From: Chiloscyllium plagiosum
Lineage: Eukaryota
Direction of reading: 5' to 3'
Assembly (NCBI RefSeq): GCF_004010195.1
Contig: NC_057754.1
Span: forward strand, 10,015,562 to 10,079,561
Length of the DNA: 64,000 bases
Positions 23,700 through 36,389 of the stretch are shown here, in pieces. Under the pieces are notes generated by a model. It saw nothing but the letters and a program-made list of their open reading frames with translations. It was not told the origin of the DNA and made no database searches. Both the position numbers and the translations under genes were made by a program. Position 1 is the stretch's first letter; the number at the start of each line of letters is the position of its first letter.

Positions 23700-25420
23700 T
23701 CTTCTACACCTCAAAGAATACACTCCCAACCTACTCAACCTCTCCTCAAAAAACAAAAATCACCACCCCCCAACCACATCCAGGGTCAAACTAGTGAACA
23801 TGCTCTGGACTGCCTCCGCTGCCAGTATATCTTTCTATTACAAGGGATGAAAACCATTCACAGTATTTCAAATGTGATCTGACGACTGTCTTGTACCATT
23901 TTAGCAAGAATTCCTTACTTTTATACCTCATTCACTTTGCGATAAAGGCCAACAGACCATTTTCCTTCTCTGCTACTCACTGAGCTTGGTGCTAAATTTT
24001 TGTGTTTCAAGGACAAAGAGACCCAAGTCCCTCACTGCTGTCTGCAGTGTTTTTCCCTATTTAAATAATATTCACCTCACCTATTTCTCCTGCCAATATG
24101 TATAAACCTCATATTTTCCCTACACATTACATTCCAACTGCCAGGACTTTTGTCCACACACTTAACCTAACTATATCCTTCTGTTGACCCTTAATATCAT
24201 CAACTTGCCTCACAATCTATTTTGAATCATTTGGCAACAAAAGAGAAGTACAGCACAGATCAGGCCTTTCGTCCCCTCCAAGCCAGTGCCCTAACTAAAC
24301 TAAAAAAAACCTTCTGCCCTTACTTGGTTTGCCTTCCTCTATTCCCTCCCTATTCATGTAACCATCCAGATGCCCCTTAAATGTCACCAACATGCCTGCT
24401 TTCAGTACCTCCTCTGGCAGTGCGTCTCAGGCTCCTACCACTCTTGGCGTGAAAGATTTCCCGAGCACATCTCCCTTAAGTTTTCCCTCTCTCACCTCAA
24501 CCTGTGCCCCCTTGTAATTGAAACTTCAACACTGGGAAAAAAAAGCCTCTATCTACCCTAATTTTGGAGATCTTTACCAGATCCCCTCTCAGCCGCCATC
24601 TTTTCAGTGAAAACATTCCTAGTCTTTTTAACCTTCCCTCACAGTCAATGCCTTCAACATCCTGGTGAACCTTGTCTGCATTTTCTCCAAAGCTTGTAAG
24701 TCCTTCTGGTACTGTGGTGACCAAAACTGCACACAATACTCCAAATGTGGCCTAACAAGGGTTTTATATAACTGCAACAGTACATTCCATAGATGTGCAG
24801 GTTAGATGGATTGGCCACGCTACATTGCCCATAGTGTCCAGAAATGTGTGCATTGCCAATGGGAAATGCAGGGTTACAAGAATATTGTAGAGGGGGGAAA
24901 TAACTGCATGTGATGCTCTTCAGAGGGTCGGTGTGGACCCGATGGGCTGAATGGTCTGTTTCCACACTGTAGGGATTCTATGATGATGATATTCACTTCC
25001 ATTATCCATTAGTAAATGTTGTCAATAATTGTGACCTCAGTATTGATTCCTACTACCCAGCTGCTCTACTAACAATTTAACATCATTAGAATGCCCCATT
25101 TATCCCAACTCTCTGTCTTTACTAGTTAGCCAATCCTCCATCCATGCTAATACGTAACAACAACAGCAAGCATTCTTATCTTAAGTAGTCTCATGTACAA
25201 TGCCTTAGAGTGGTTTTTGGAACTTCAAACATATTACATCTACAGGTTCCCCTTTGTATACCCTGCTCAGTACCACCTCAAAATTCTAATTGACAGGTCT
25301 GGAATGATTTCCCCTTTAGAAAGCCATGCTGACTCTGCTTCATTATATTATGTATTTCTAAAGGCTCTGTTATTCCAACATTGATAACTGATTCTTACAT
25401 CTTCTAATTGACAGAGCAGA
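23700..25420 (-). mobile_element. CR1 fragment mosaic with partial HE1 SINE (24790-24990, +)
   Basis: RLKRLGMFSLKRWRLRGDLVKISK on the minus strand; HE1 3' core on the plus strand. Confidence 0.7.
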
Positions 25421-26633
25421 TTGTGAAATTAAGTTGAATGTATCTGTTAGTTTGTGGTTCTGATACTTGGAAAAAAAACCTGCTGGGTTAGATTTTGGGT
25501 TTTCAAATCACTTTCTGACAGCCATAAGTCCCATTGTGGTCATCTTTGCTGAACATAGAAACCTTTCAGATAACTGCGCATGCTTTCATTTTCCTGGGCC
25601 CCAGGTTCTGGTGAAATTCCTCCAGAAACCTTTCAGCCCTCCCTCCCTTACTTTCCTATTTAAGATAACCCTTAAAAGTCTCCTTTTTGACCAAGTTTTT
25701 GGTCACTTTCCCAAGTACCTCGTAATGTGGCTCAATGTCCAAACAAAATGACTGTCACCAAGACAGAAATCAGCATCCCCTCATCACTGTTAACTTCTTA
25801 CTGAACAGCTTTGCTACAGGAACTGCAACAGGTCAAAAAAGTTAAACATCATCCAGATAACTGGGGCAGGTAACATAAGCTGCAGGTCTTTTTTATTGAA
25901 ACCCAATTCCAAAAAAATAAATTTTTAAAAATAGGTTTATGGAAAAGAGAAATATTTTTCCTATTTAGCAACCTGCAATCTGCTTTCCGAGGATGTCCCT
26001 CACTCGACAATTTCATATCCTACTAGAAACATCCTGTGGATGCTGTAAATCTGACAAAAGTAGTAAATACTGGGAATACTCAGCAGGTCAGGCAGCATCT
26101 GTGGAGACAGAAACAGAGTTTACCTTTCAGGTTGTGCAGATGAATTACAGGGAATAAAACTGGGGCAGTATTTGAGGATCAATATTAGCTCAGAAGCAGA
26201 AGTGTTCTCCTGAGCTGGATAAATAATTCCTGACCATGGGAAGGTGAAGCTGGGAAATCAGCAGCAATGGTACAATCAATGGAAACAACAACAAAATACC
26301 AAACATAGTTCAAATAAATCCATTATTAGAGGCAGGAGGAAGTCAGACAACAGCAGAAAGATGATCGGGGAGGGCAGAGGTGAAACAGAGCAATAAGTGG
26401 CCATCGATTCCGATCCACAGTAAATAAGCCACACCAGCCCCAGTGCTTAGGAATTAGAGGATTCCACAAAAAGATCAAAACTGCTGACGAATGCTCAAAA
26501 ACTCTCAACTCCCTACAATTTCAGTGTTTTCAAACATTCAGCTTGACCTGCAGCTGGAAAAATATCAGAAGCAGTGGAGTCAGAGAAAGAAAAGCTCTCA
26601 GCCTGCAAATTTTCTAAAATACCTGAGAAAGGA

Positions 26634-27405
26634 CATAGAGTCATAGAGATATACAGCATGGAAACAGACCCTTAGGTCCAACGTGTCCATGTTGACCAGA
26701 TATCCCAACCCAATCTCATCCCACCTGCCAGCACCCGGCCCATATCCCTCCAAACCCTTCCTATTCATCCAAATGCCTCTTAAATGTTGCAATTGTACCA
26801 GCCTCCACCAAATCCTCTGGCAGCTTATTCCATACACGTACCACCCTCTGCATGGAAAAGTTGCCACTTAGGTCTCTTTTATATCTTTTCCCTCTCACCC
26901 TAAACTTATGCCCTCTACTTCTGGACTCCCCAACCCCAGGGAAAAGACTTTGTCTATTTATCCTATCCATGCCCTCATTATTTTGTAAACCTCTATAAGG
27001 TCACCCCTCAGCCTCCAACACTCCAGGGAAAACAGCCCCATCCTGTTCAACCTCTCCCTATAGCTCAAATCCTCCAGCCCTGGCAACATCCTTGTAAATA
27101 TTTTCTGAACCCTTTCAAGTTTCACAACATCTTTCCGATATGAAGGAGACCAGAATTACATGCAATATTCCAACAGTGGCTTAACCAATGTCCTGTACAG
27201 CCGCAACATGACCTCCCAACTCCTGTACTCAATACTCTGACCAATAAAGGAAAGCATATCAAACGCCTTCTTCACTATCCTATCTATCTGCGACTCCACT
27301 TTCAAGGAGCTATGAACCTGCACTACAAGGTCTCTTTGCTCAATAACACTCCCTAGGACCTGACCATTAAGTGTATAAGTCCTGCTAAGATTTGCTTTCC
27401 CAAAA
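26634..27405 (-). mobile_element. Young 5'-truncated CR1 (HER1-like) 3' end
   Basis: MDRINRQSLFPGVGESRSRGHKF..RVVRVWNKLPE and tail (CTCTATGA)n. Highly similar to 29157-30087. Confidence 0.9.
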
Positions 27406-27930
27406 CATGATAAAGTTGAAGTTAAAAACTCAGCAGAGTTCCAAGGGATAGGAAGGAAAGGGAAGTTGAAGGGTCAGAATCAGAGCAGCTATGATTTTGT
27501 TAGATAGCAGAGCAGGCTCAGTAGCTCAAAAAGCCTAATTCCCCTATTTCTCACATTCCGAGGATTGTCCTGCATGCTCCCTTTAGGGCAGTGAGTGGCC
27601 ATTATGCCAACCTATCTCCAGCTTCACTGGGCAGAATGAAAATAAAAGCAATGGCTTGGCCGGAGGGAACCCTGAAGCTCCTCCCACTCGTGTCACTTCA
27701 CCAGGATGCTCACACGTGTTCCACTCTCCACTGAACCAAGGTGGTGCCTGTTGACTGGGGACTTGTTCAGGATAATAACTGCTGCATCACCCTGAACATA
27801 TGAGGAATTATGCCAACAACATTTTTAGGATTGACAGTTGAACTCTCAACATGTTTATGCAATGAAAAAGGTGGGTTTGCTCCGATGTGGAAAATTACTT
27901 AACTGATCCGTGAGACTGGAAAAGCATTGA

Positions 27931-28440
27931 GGGGCAGGATGGTGACTCAGTGCTTGGCACTGCTGTCTCACAGCACCAGGGACCCGGGTTTGATTCCAGC
28001 CTTGGGCATCTTGTGTGTGGAGTTTGCACACTCTCCCCATATCTGCTTGAGTTTCCTCCGGGTGTTCCAGTTTCCTCCCACAATCCAAAGATGTGCAGGT
28101 CAGGTGAATTGGCCAAGCTAAATTGCCCATAGTGATAGTTGCATTAGTCCAGGGTAAATATAAGGTGTGGACTCATTGGGCCAAATGGCCTGTTTCCATA
28201 CTGTAGGGAATCTAGTCGAAGTAGATTTCCTTCCATAGTCCAAAGGCGTGCAGGTTAAGTTGATTGGCCATGCTAAATTGCCAGGGATGTGTCCAGGGAT
28301 ATGTAGGCTAGGTTGATTAGCCATGGGAAATGTAGGGTTACAGGGATAGGGAGGTGAGTCTGGGTGGAATGCTCTTCAGAGTGTTGGTATGGACTTCATG
28401 GGCCAAATGGCCTGTTTCCACAGGGTAGGGATTCTCTGAT
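27931..28440 (+). mobile_element. HE1-type SINE followed by a second partial copy
   Basis: tRNA-like head GGTGACTCAGTG..GGGTTTGATTCCAG, HE1 core and gtagggaatcta tail. The core repeats from ~28225. Confidence 0.85.
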
Positions 28441-28459
28441 TATATGACTCAAGTGACTG

Positions 28460-28820
28460 CGTACTAGTGTGTGGGAAGAGCTCTAACCCATTACACAGCT
28501 TGTGTGAGTGTACTCCAGTGAACTGACTGCAAAGAGCTTTCACCAGTCACAGAGCATGAAAAGAAAATGCATTCACCATGGGGAAAACATATGCATGTCT
28601 GTGCAGATGAAGTCTAATTCAATGATCATCTACCCAGAAGAGTGAAAAGACATTATGGAGACACTGTGGAAATAACAGGACAATGGTAGGGATGGTGTAA
28701 TCACATCATGGACAGATCACTCCTCTGCTCCATGTGCAAGAAGGATTCAGTCAGACATCCAGCTGCTCTAAGTTTACAGGGATTGGATTCTGATGGTATG
28801 GCTGCTTTTCATCACACCTT
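28460..28820 (+). pseudogene. Decayed ZNF-A-type zinc-finger gene relic
   Basis: ccagtgaactgactgcaaagagctttcaccagtcac matches the ZNF-A leader. atggagacactgtggaaata resembles MEKPWKC, tgctccatgtgcaagaaggattcagtcag resembles a finger, and a ZNF-type 3' motif (gggattggattctg) follows. Confidence 0.6.
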
Positions 28821-29156
28821 CGTATTGTACTTCCCCACAGTAAAACATTTGACATGATATTAACAAACAAAATTGCAGGGCCACATAAACAGAAATTAAA
28901 GCAGATGAATAAAAGCCTACTTACAAAAAGTTAAATATTTAAGGATATCTCAGAGGGAGTGAAACAAGTAAAAGCAGAGTGCTTTAGGACACAACCAAGA
29001 GACTTCAGCACAGACTTAACAATGGAACAAAATAGGGTTGTGTGTCAAATTAGAAGGACAGATATTTTAGAGAGATGTAGGGTTGGATGAGTTCACAAAG
29101 GTAGGGAGGGCAAAGTACTATGTAGGAACTGAACACGTGGAGCCTCACCCTAATAT

Positions 29157-30087
29157 TTGAATGCGAGCATAAGAGGTACAGTTAGTAAGTTTGCAGATGA
29201 CACCAAAATTGGAGGTGTAGTGGACAGTGAAGAAGATTACCTCAGATTACAACAGGATCTTGACCAGATGAGCCCAGATGAGCCAATGGGAAGTGGCAGA
29301 TGGAGTTTAATTCAGATAAATGTGAGGTGCTGCATTTTGGGAAAGCAAATCTTAGCAGGACTTACACACTTAATGGTAAGGTCCTCGGGAATGTTGCTGA
29401 ACAAAGAGACCTTGGAGTGCAGGTTCATAGCTCCTTGAAAGTGGAGTCACAGGTAGATAGCATAGTGAAGGAGGCGTTTGGTCAGAGTATTGAGTACAGG
29501 AGTTGGGAGGTAATGTTGCGGCTGTACAGGACATTGGTTTGGCCACTGTTGGAATATTGCATACAATTCTGGTCTCCTTCCTATTGGAAAGATGTTGTGA
29601 AACTTGAAAGGGTTCAGAAAGGATTTATAAGGATGTTGCCAGGGTTGGAAGATTTGAGCTATAGGGAGAGGCTGAACAGGCTGGGGCTGTTTTCCCTGGA
29701 GCGTCGGAGGCTGAGGGGTGACCTTATAGAGGTTGACAAAATTATGAGAGGCATGGATAGGGTAAATAGGCAAAGTCTTTTCCCTGGGGTCAGCGAGTCC
29801 AGAAGTAGAGGGCATAAGTTTAGGGTGAGAGGGAAAAGATATAAAAGTGACCTATGGGGCAACTTTTTCACACAGAGGGTAGTACGTGTATGGAATGAGC
29901 TGCCAGAGGAAGTGGTGGAGACTGGTACAATTTCAACATTTAAGAGGCATTTGGATGGATATATGAATAGGAAGGGTTTGGAGGGAAAAGGGCCAGGTGC
30001 TGGCAGGTGGGACGAGATATCTGGTCGGGATGGATGGGTTGGACTGAAGGGTGTGCTTCCATGCTGTACATCTCTATGACTCTATGA
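29157..30087 (+). mobile_element. Young 5'-truncated CR1 LINE (RT C-terminus and tail)
   Basis: SKFADDTKIGG, then a 259-aa open stretch MEFNSDKCEVLHFG..RLYRTLVWPLLEYCIQFW. Tail ctctatgactctatga. Confidence 0.95.
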
Positions 30088-30420
30088 ATTCACCAATTGT
30101 AGTGAGTTGAAACCAAGTCCCACAGTGACAGCACCTGAACAGTCTGCCATTGACATAAATACATGTCTGGGGACATAAAGCCCCATCACTCATCACATTT
30201 CTCGCAGCTTGGGTTTTTACAAGGTCTTTCCAGTATGCACTCAGTGATGTGTCATCAGCTAGAATAATCGAGAGAATCCCTTCCCACATTCAGAGCGGGT
30301 GTGAATTGAATCCCTTTTCTCAATCTCCAAATTGCAATAGTTTCTCCCCAGTATAACTGTATTTCCATGTTCAAAATTCTGTCCTTCAAGGTTGTGATTA
30401 ATATCCGAAGGTGAAGTTAC
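30088..30420 (-). pseudogene. Decayed ZNF-B-type zinc-finger gene relic
   Basis: tttccatgttcaaaat is identical to the ZNF-B start context. RLFRCCHCGTWF resembles [16 protein letters not shown]. gaatcccttcccaca (CGKGF) is present. Confidence 0.7.
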
Positions 30421-30447
30421 CCAACTGCACATCCTCCTCTCTCATAA

Positions 30448-30712
30448 TCCAGGGAATTTGAAGTAACGGGGGAAGAGGGGGAGGGAGGAAGAAAGAGTGC
30501 GGGTGCGCTGGGGGAGGGAGGGTGAAAGAGAGTGCGGCATGCCAGACTGGGTTCTTGAGACAGAGAAAGAGAGAGAAAACTAGAAAGAGAGAATGAGACA
30601 GAGAGCGAGGGACAGAGAGAGAGCGAGCGAGAGAGAGAGAGAGAGAGAGAAATTGAGAGGAGAGCGAGAAAGAGAAATTGAGAAAGAAAGAAAGAGAATG
30701 AGAAAGAGACAA
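30448..30712. repeat. Second copy of the G-rich 160-bp unit plus (GA)n tract
   Basis: Near-identical to 6219-6379. Confidence 0.85.
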
Positions 30713-31894
30713 AGGCAGCTTGTACACTGGAGCTGAATTAATTTAGGAACATGTAGGGTGAGCACTGAACATGAAAGCTGCTGAATTGTCATAAGAATTT
30801 AACTGCATCACTGATGTCCTCTATGTAACGGAACCTACCACTCAGTGTAAAAAGCTCTAATTTCGATGAGAAAGGAGAAGGGAAGAGAAGTGCAAGAAAC
30901 AAAGACCGGAGAGGGATTTCTTTACTACACCTTGACCAAACTTTTAACAGAACCTCCTAAACTCCCAACCACTACCACGTAGAAATCGCAGGGCAACAGA
31001 TGAACGACAACACCATCCAAGTTCCTCCAAGTCTCAGTCAATCCTGACTCATCCGAGATCCAGGACTGAATTAGCAGAAATTTCCTCCATTCAACTGTCG
31101 GGAAGATAATAGCAGTGTCCCTAGACCTGGTCACAAATTCCACATCCACCCCATAGTTTCCAAGGAGAAGGTGAGTCTAACTCAGGCTGAATGTCATACT
31201 CTTCACAACCCTAGTAAAATATTTCACCCCATGATGTGTTTTCAACCAGAAGTCCTTATCGTCACCATCCTCATCATTTCCATCTCAGTAACATCACCCG
31301 ACTCCATCCTCATCTCAGCTCATCTCTGATGGAACTTTCATTCATTCCTTTGCTACCTTTAAGCTTAGCCAAACATAACACACTCCCAGTCTTGAACATT
31401 CAGCCGCCAGTATTCCCGAGCTCATCCATAACTCTGTTGTTATGTGCTTCCTTACACCAAATCTTCCTCACCCATCACATCTGTGCTCACTGACCATAAA
31501 AGCTCACATTTGCGAAGCACCAACATTTGAAGGTTTTCCTCCATTGTTGTGATGATGCCAAACTCTCTAATACTCTCCAGCCCCACAATGCTCCGAGATC
31601 TCTGCACTCAATTCAGCCTCTTGAACCTTCCTGAGATTCAAAGCATAAAAAAAAACTCTGGCCGATCTATACCAGTCAAAAACAATCATGTACCTCCACC
31701 ATAGATGGCTGTTCTTTCAGTTCATTGGACCCTAAGCTCCAGAACCTCCTCCTTAAAGCTTTCCACCTCAATTTCCTTTCAAATACTCACCATAACTTTG
31801 CCAACCAAATTTTCAGTCACCTGCCTTAATATGTTCTTGCACTCTGCTTTGCAGAGTTCCTGTGATATGCTATGCACATTATATTCAATTCGGA

Positions 31895-32310
31895 GTTATA
31901 AAAGGAGTCTGGATAACGTGAGACTTTGTTTCCCTAGAGAGTAGGAGGCTGAGGGGTGACCCTGAAGTGGTTTTAAAATCATGACAGGTATAGAGAAGGT
32001 GAATAGCCACGGTTTTTTCCTTAGAGTAGTGGATTTACAGGTTTCAGATGAGCAGGGAAAGATTTAAAAGAGGCCAGATGGGCAACCTTTTCATACAGAG
32101 GGTGGTGCCTTTATGGAATAAGCTTTCAGAGAAAGTGGTAGAGGGGAGTACAATTACAACATTTAAAAGTCATTTGGACAAGTTCATATTTAGGAACGGT
32201 TTAGAGGGATATGGGCCAAATGCAGGCAAATGGGACTAGTTCAGTTTAAGAAACTTGGTCGGCATGCAGACGCTGGGTCAAGTTAGTTTCTGAGATGTAT
32301 GACTCCATAA
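31895..32310 (+). mobile_element. CR1 3' fragment
   Basis: RERFKRGQMGNLFIQRVVPLWNKL..GLEGYGPNAGKWD. Confidence 0.85.
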
Positions 32311-32936
32311 TAGAAATGCAAATCAGTGTTGTTGACTTGGACATATATCACTGTTCACTTATCATCTTTGCGAAAATCCTCTACTTCATCACCCAACAAC
32401 ATTGTGGAACTTCACAAACTGCACCAATTCATGAAGATCAGAGACCAACTTCCCACAGCGGACTGTGGATAGGCAATAGCTGCTGGTAATGGTGGAGATG
32501 GAAAAAAAGTTGGCATTTCAATGTGTATAGAATGAATTATATGGAATAAATTACACAGAATATTGACCCAATACAAACCTGGAAGTGAAAGAGAAATGGA
32601 CAAAAATAGTTAAAAGAATTTTGTGGGCTGATAAAGTTGGGAAGCACAATGTGTGGGTGTTGAAAGTGGTGAAAACCATCCACGACAAAGCAGCCTGCTT
32701 GGTTGGCATCACATACACAATCATCCACTCTCTCCATCACTGATGTTCAGTAGCAGTATCTTCTACAAGGTGTACTGCAATTCAGGAACTTCCAAACCCT
32801 CCACAAAATCCTTTTAAAAGGACAAGGGTAGCAGATAAACAGGAACACAACTACCCACAAGTTCTTCTCCAAGCCACTCACCATCTCAACTGTTTGTTTT
32901 TTCTACTCACCATCTTGACTGATATTCCCTGATTAA

Positions 32937-33283
32937 CGGGCAGCACGGTGGCTTACTGGTTAGCACTGTTGCCTCACAGCGCCAGGGACATGGGTTCAAT
33001 TCCCAGCTCTGGTGACCGTCTGTGTGGAGTTTGCACATTCTCCCAGCATCCGCGTGGGTTTCCTCCGGGTGCTCTGGTTTCCTCCCTCAATCCAAAGATG
33101 TGCAGGTTAGCTGAATTGGCCATTCTAAAATGCCCATAACTGTTCAGGAATGTGTAACTTAGGTGCATTAGTCAGGGATAAATATAGGGTAAGGGGAATG
33201 GGTCTGGGTGGGTTACTCTTCAGAGAATCAGTGTGGACTTGTTGGGCTGAAGGGCCTGTTTCTGTACTGTAGGGATTCTATGA
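32937..33283 (+). mobile_element. HE1-type SINE, full length
   Basis: GGGCAGCACGGTGGC A-box head, GGGTTCAATTCCC B box, gtagggattctatg tail. Confidence 0.9.
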
Positions 33284-33482
33284 ACAACTATGGGTCTTCC
33301 TACAGAACAAGTGGTTCAAGAAGGTGGCATCATTCACACCTAATGAGTGAATCAAAACAAAATCCCATTTGGTTCTGTGTCAGCAGAAGGAACAGTGAAA
33401 GATAAAAGCCAGCGGAACATAACAAAAATACACTGATTGTTTGAAAGAAGAGACAACTGCAGAGGCATGATGATCAGGCGAG

Positions 33483-34483
33483 GCAAAAGTGAGAGAAAAG
33501 CAAATTACTTCAGATGCTGGAATCTGAAACCAAAAGAGAAAATGCTGGAAAATCTCAGCAGGTCTGGCAGCATCTGTAAGGAGAGAAAAGAGCTGACGTT
33601 TCGAGTCTAACTGACCCTTTGTCAAAAGCTCGAAACGTCAGCTCTTTTCTCTCCTTACAGATCTGAAAAATGTGTTGCTGGAAAAGCGCAGCAGGTCAGG
33701 CAGCATCCAAGGAGCAGGAGAATCAATGTTTCGGGCATAAGCCCTTCTTCAGGAATCTGACCTCAGGACCTGAAGAAGGGCTTATGCCAGAAACGTCAAT
33801 TCTCCTGCTCCTTGGATGCTGCTTGACCTGCTGCGCTTTTCCAGCAACACATTTTTCAGCTCTGATCTCNNNNNNNNNNNNNNNNNNNNNNNNNNNNNNN
33901 NNNNNNNNNNNNNNNNNNNNNNNNNNNNNNNNNNNNNNNNNNNNNNNNNNNCATCCAAGGAGCAGGAGAATCAATGTTTCGGGCATAAGCCCTTCTTCAG
34001 GAATCTGACCTCAGGAGAGGTCAAATTTTCCAGCATTTTCTCTTTTGGAGGCAAAAGTGAGGACTGCAGATGCTGGAAATCAGAGTCTAGATTAGAGTGG
34101 TGCTGGAAAAGCACGGCAGGTCATGCAGCCTGACCTGCTGTGCTTTTCCAGCGCCACTCTAATCTAGACTCTGATGGTCAGGCGAGGCAAGCCTGAAATG
34201 GAGCAGTGGAGTGTGCTGCGTGTAAATGCTGTTCTCTTGCAAAAAGGAGTTTCTGGACTCCATCCCTGTCAGCCCAGGACTATCTCTGAGTGTGTGTGTG
34301 TGTGTACTGGACCCTGGAATGGCCTACATTCCCCTGGAGCAGAGAGCGGCTTGGGACACAGGGAAGGGCCTGTGCCCGAAACGTCGAATCTCCTGTTCCC
34401 TGGATGCTGCCTGACCTGCTGTGCTGTTCCAGCAATAAAGTTTCAACTTTGATCTCCAGCATCTGCAGACCTCACTTTCTCCT
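33483..34483. mobile_element. Cluster of palindromic mini-PLEs with hammerhead-like motifs, spanning an assembly gap
   Basis: Inverted arms 33572-33605/33629-33662, ~33663-33753/33769-33859 and 34080-34123/34131-34174. Another copy at 34365-34483. Confidence 0.8.
33870..33951. other. Assembly gap (82 N)
   Basis: Run of N. 33952-34016 duplicates 33704-33768. Confidence 0.99.
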
Positions 34484-34489
34484 GGGACA

Positions 34490-35560
34490 CAGGGGACCCA
34501 GCCTCGGCCCCGCCCACCCCGCCGCACTGAACCAAGATGGCGCCTTATCAACTCGAACCTGCTCTCCGAGAAAATGGCTGCACGGTCTGGCTGAAACGTG
34601 GCACCGAAAGATACTTGTTTGGCGATTGAGACCTGACTGGTCATTTTCTGAAACTTACCCGCCAGCTTGGTATATCGCTTCAACCCTCCCGGAGTGCCCG
34701 TGCATAATCACTAATTAACGTCCACCTGCCGTGATCACTCACAATGCGCATGCTCCAACCCGCGACTCCCCTTGGTGACGAGACCAATAGGAAGCGGGGG
34801 GGGCGGTGCTTGAGGACACATAGGCCTCGCGGGGGCTGTGTTGTAGCACCAATAGGAAGCGGGGCTTGGTGCCCGGGAACCAATAGAAATCTGAGGCCGG
34901 TGCTGGATGACCAATAGAAAGCGGGGAGAGGTGCGGAAGGACCAATAGGAAGCGGCGTGTTTCCGGGGGAAACAATAGGAAACTGAGGATGGTGCTAGAT
35001 GACCAATAGGAAGCGTGTATCGATGCGGAAAGACCAATAGAAAGCGGGGGGCGGTGCTAGAGGTCCAATCGGAAGCTGGAGTTCCTGAAGGACTAATAAG
35101 AAACGGGGCCGGTGTTGTACGATCAATAGGAAGCGGGAGGGGCGGCGCTGGATGACCATTTGGGAGCTCCTGGTCCTCCAACCAATTAGTGACACTGAAG
35201 TGCGAGGAGTCATGAAGGATTCCAAGTGTTAACTGCGTTTCTTTCCACAAGCAGAGTCTCCCCAGCACTCTCTGTGTTTGCTTCAGATTTCCAGCATCTG
35301 CAGTATTTTACCATCGAGCGAGGGGCGGGACCGGGCTGTGACTGGAGCATGCGCAGTGCGGGCCCTGGATCCGGAACCTTGTCCCGGACCGAGTGGGAGG
35401 GGCTCTCTGTCTCCGCCCCCCCCCCACCACTTTTGCAGCATATTGAATGGGAAGCCCGTTTCCAAATCGTCAGTTCCAACCAAGCACCACGGCAAGGTCG
35501 AGTAGAGTCACTCCCTTCACTGGCACCTCCGTATCATCGGCCTTCCACCGTGCAAGGTAA
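34490..35560. promoter_or_regulatory. CpG-island bidirectional promoter with putative non-coding first exons for ZNF-B (-) and ZNF-C (+)
   Basis: Oppositely oriented NRF1-like sites at 34745-34755 and 35345-35357. YY1-like CAAGATGGCG at 34533. GC boxes. Donors GTAAGT (-, 34658) and AAG|GTAA (+, 35557). Confidence 0.72.
34780..35190 (+). repeat. ~31-bp minisatellite of CCAAT + GGAAG + GC-box-like units (~14 units)
   Basis: Perfect CCAAT at 34784, 34849, 34880, 34911, 34942, 35003, 35034, 35065 and 35182. Degenerate units at ~34817, 34972, 35093, 35123 and 35156. Confidence 0.9.
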
Positions 35561-35719
35561 AAGGTTTGTCTGTTGTGTTTGCAGGCTGAGATTTCACTGT
35601 CAATGGAAAAGCCCCGAGAGATTTATAATTCTACCCAGGGTAGCCCTGGAGGATGCATCCAGCTCTGGAGAAGTCAGCTCGCCAACGTCCCAGAGGACTG
35701 CAGAGTGACCATTGGTTAG

Positions 35720-36330
35720 AGATAAAAAAGAACTGCAAATGCTGGAATCCAAGGTAGACAGGTAGGAGGCTGGAAGAACACTGCAAGCCAGGTAGCATCA
35801 GTGGTGGAGAAGTCATATGTTTTGGGTGTAACCCTTCTACTGGACTGGGGGTGGATATAAGGGGAGCTGCAGATAAAGGTGGGGAGGAAATGAGGAGTCA
35901 GGTAGTGATAGGTGAACATAGGTAGACGGTATGACCTGATTGGTCGATGGAAGGAATGAATCCAGTATGGTGGCTTAAATAAAGTGTCGACCAGAGGAAT
36001 GTAAGAGAGGGGGAGGGACTGGGAAGGGAGGTTATTTGAAATTGGAGAGCGTAATGTTGAGTTCTCTGGGCTGTAGGTTGCCCAGGTGAAAGATGAGGCA
36101 TTGTTCCTCCAGTTTGTGGTCTCATTTGTTGTGGCAATGGAAGAGGCCATGGATGGTCATGTCGGAAAGGGAGTGGGAAGGGGAATTAAAATGGGCAGTG
36201 TCTGGGAGGTCAGGTAAGGGGAGGCCTGCGTGCCCAGCTGAGATGCTTGGCGAAATATGCTGAGTTTATGTTTGGAATCCCCGATGTAGAGAAGACCACA
36301 TCAGGAGCACCAGATACAGGGTGACAACAC
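35720..36330 (-). mobile_element. PLE 3' fragment (GIY-YIG tail and pLTR)
   Basis: Minus strand EEQCLIFHLGNLQPRELNI tail. Terminal motif related to the mini-PLEs. Confidence 0.7.
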
Positions 36331-36389
36331 TTCGGGCAAGGGGAGAGGTTGGGAAGGAGTGTCTGTCATGGTATTTCTTCTGGCAAAAT

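Noticed and set aside
29300-30079. 259-aa open RT C-terminal ORF as a domesticated gene
   Set aside because: Young 5'-truncated CR1, frameshifted after FADD and near-identical to other copies in the window.
33952-34016. Exact repeat of 33704-33768 after the N gap
   Set aside because: Probably a contig-end overlap or assembly artefact next to palindromes.
34780-35190. CRISPR-like regular repeat
   Set aside because: Vertebrate context, degenerate tandem units with related spacers, no cas genes.
34735-35268. 177-aa Pro-rich ORF with repeated PRFLLV/PIG motifs
   Set aside because: Translation of the CCAAT minisatellite antisense strand; no coding evidence.
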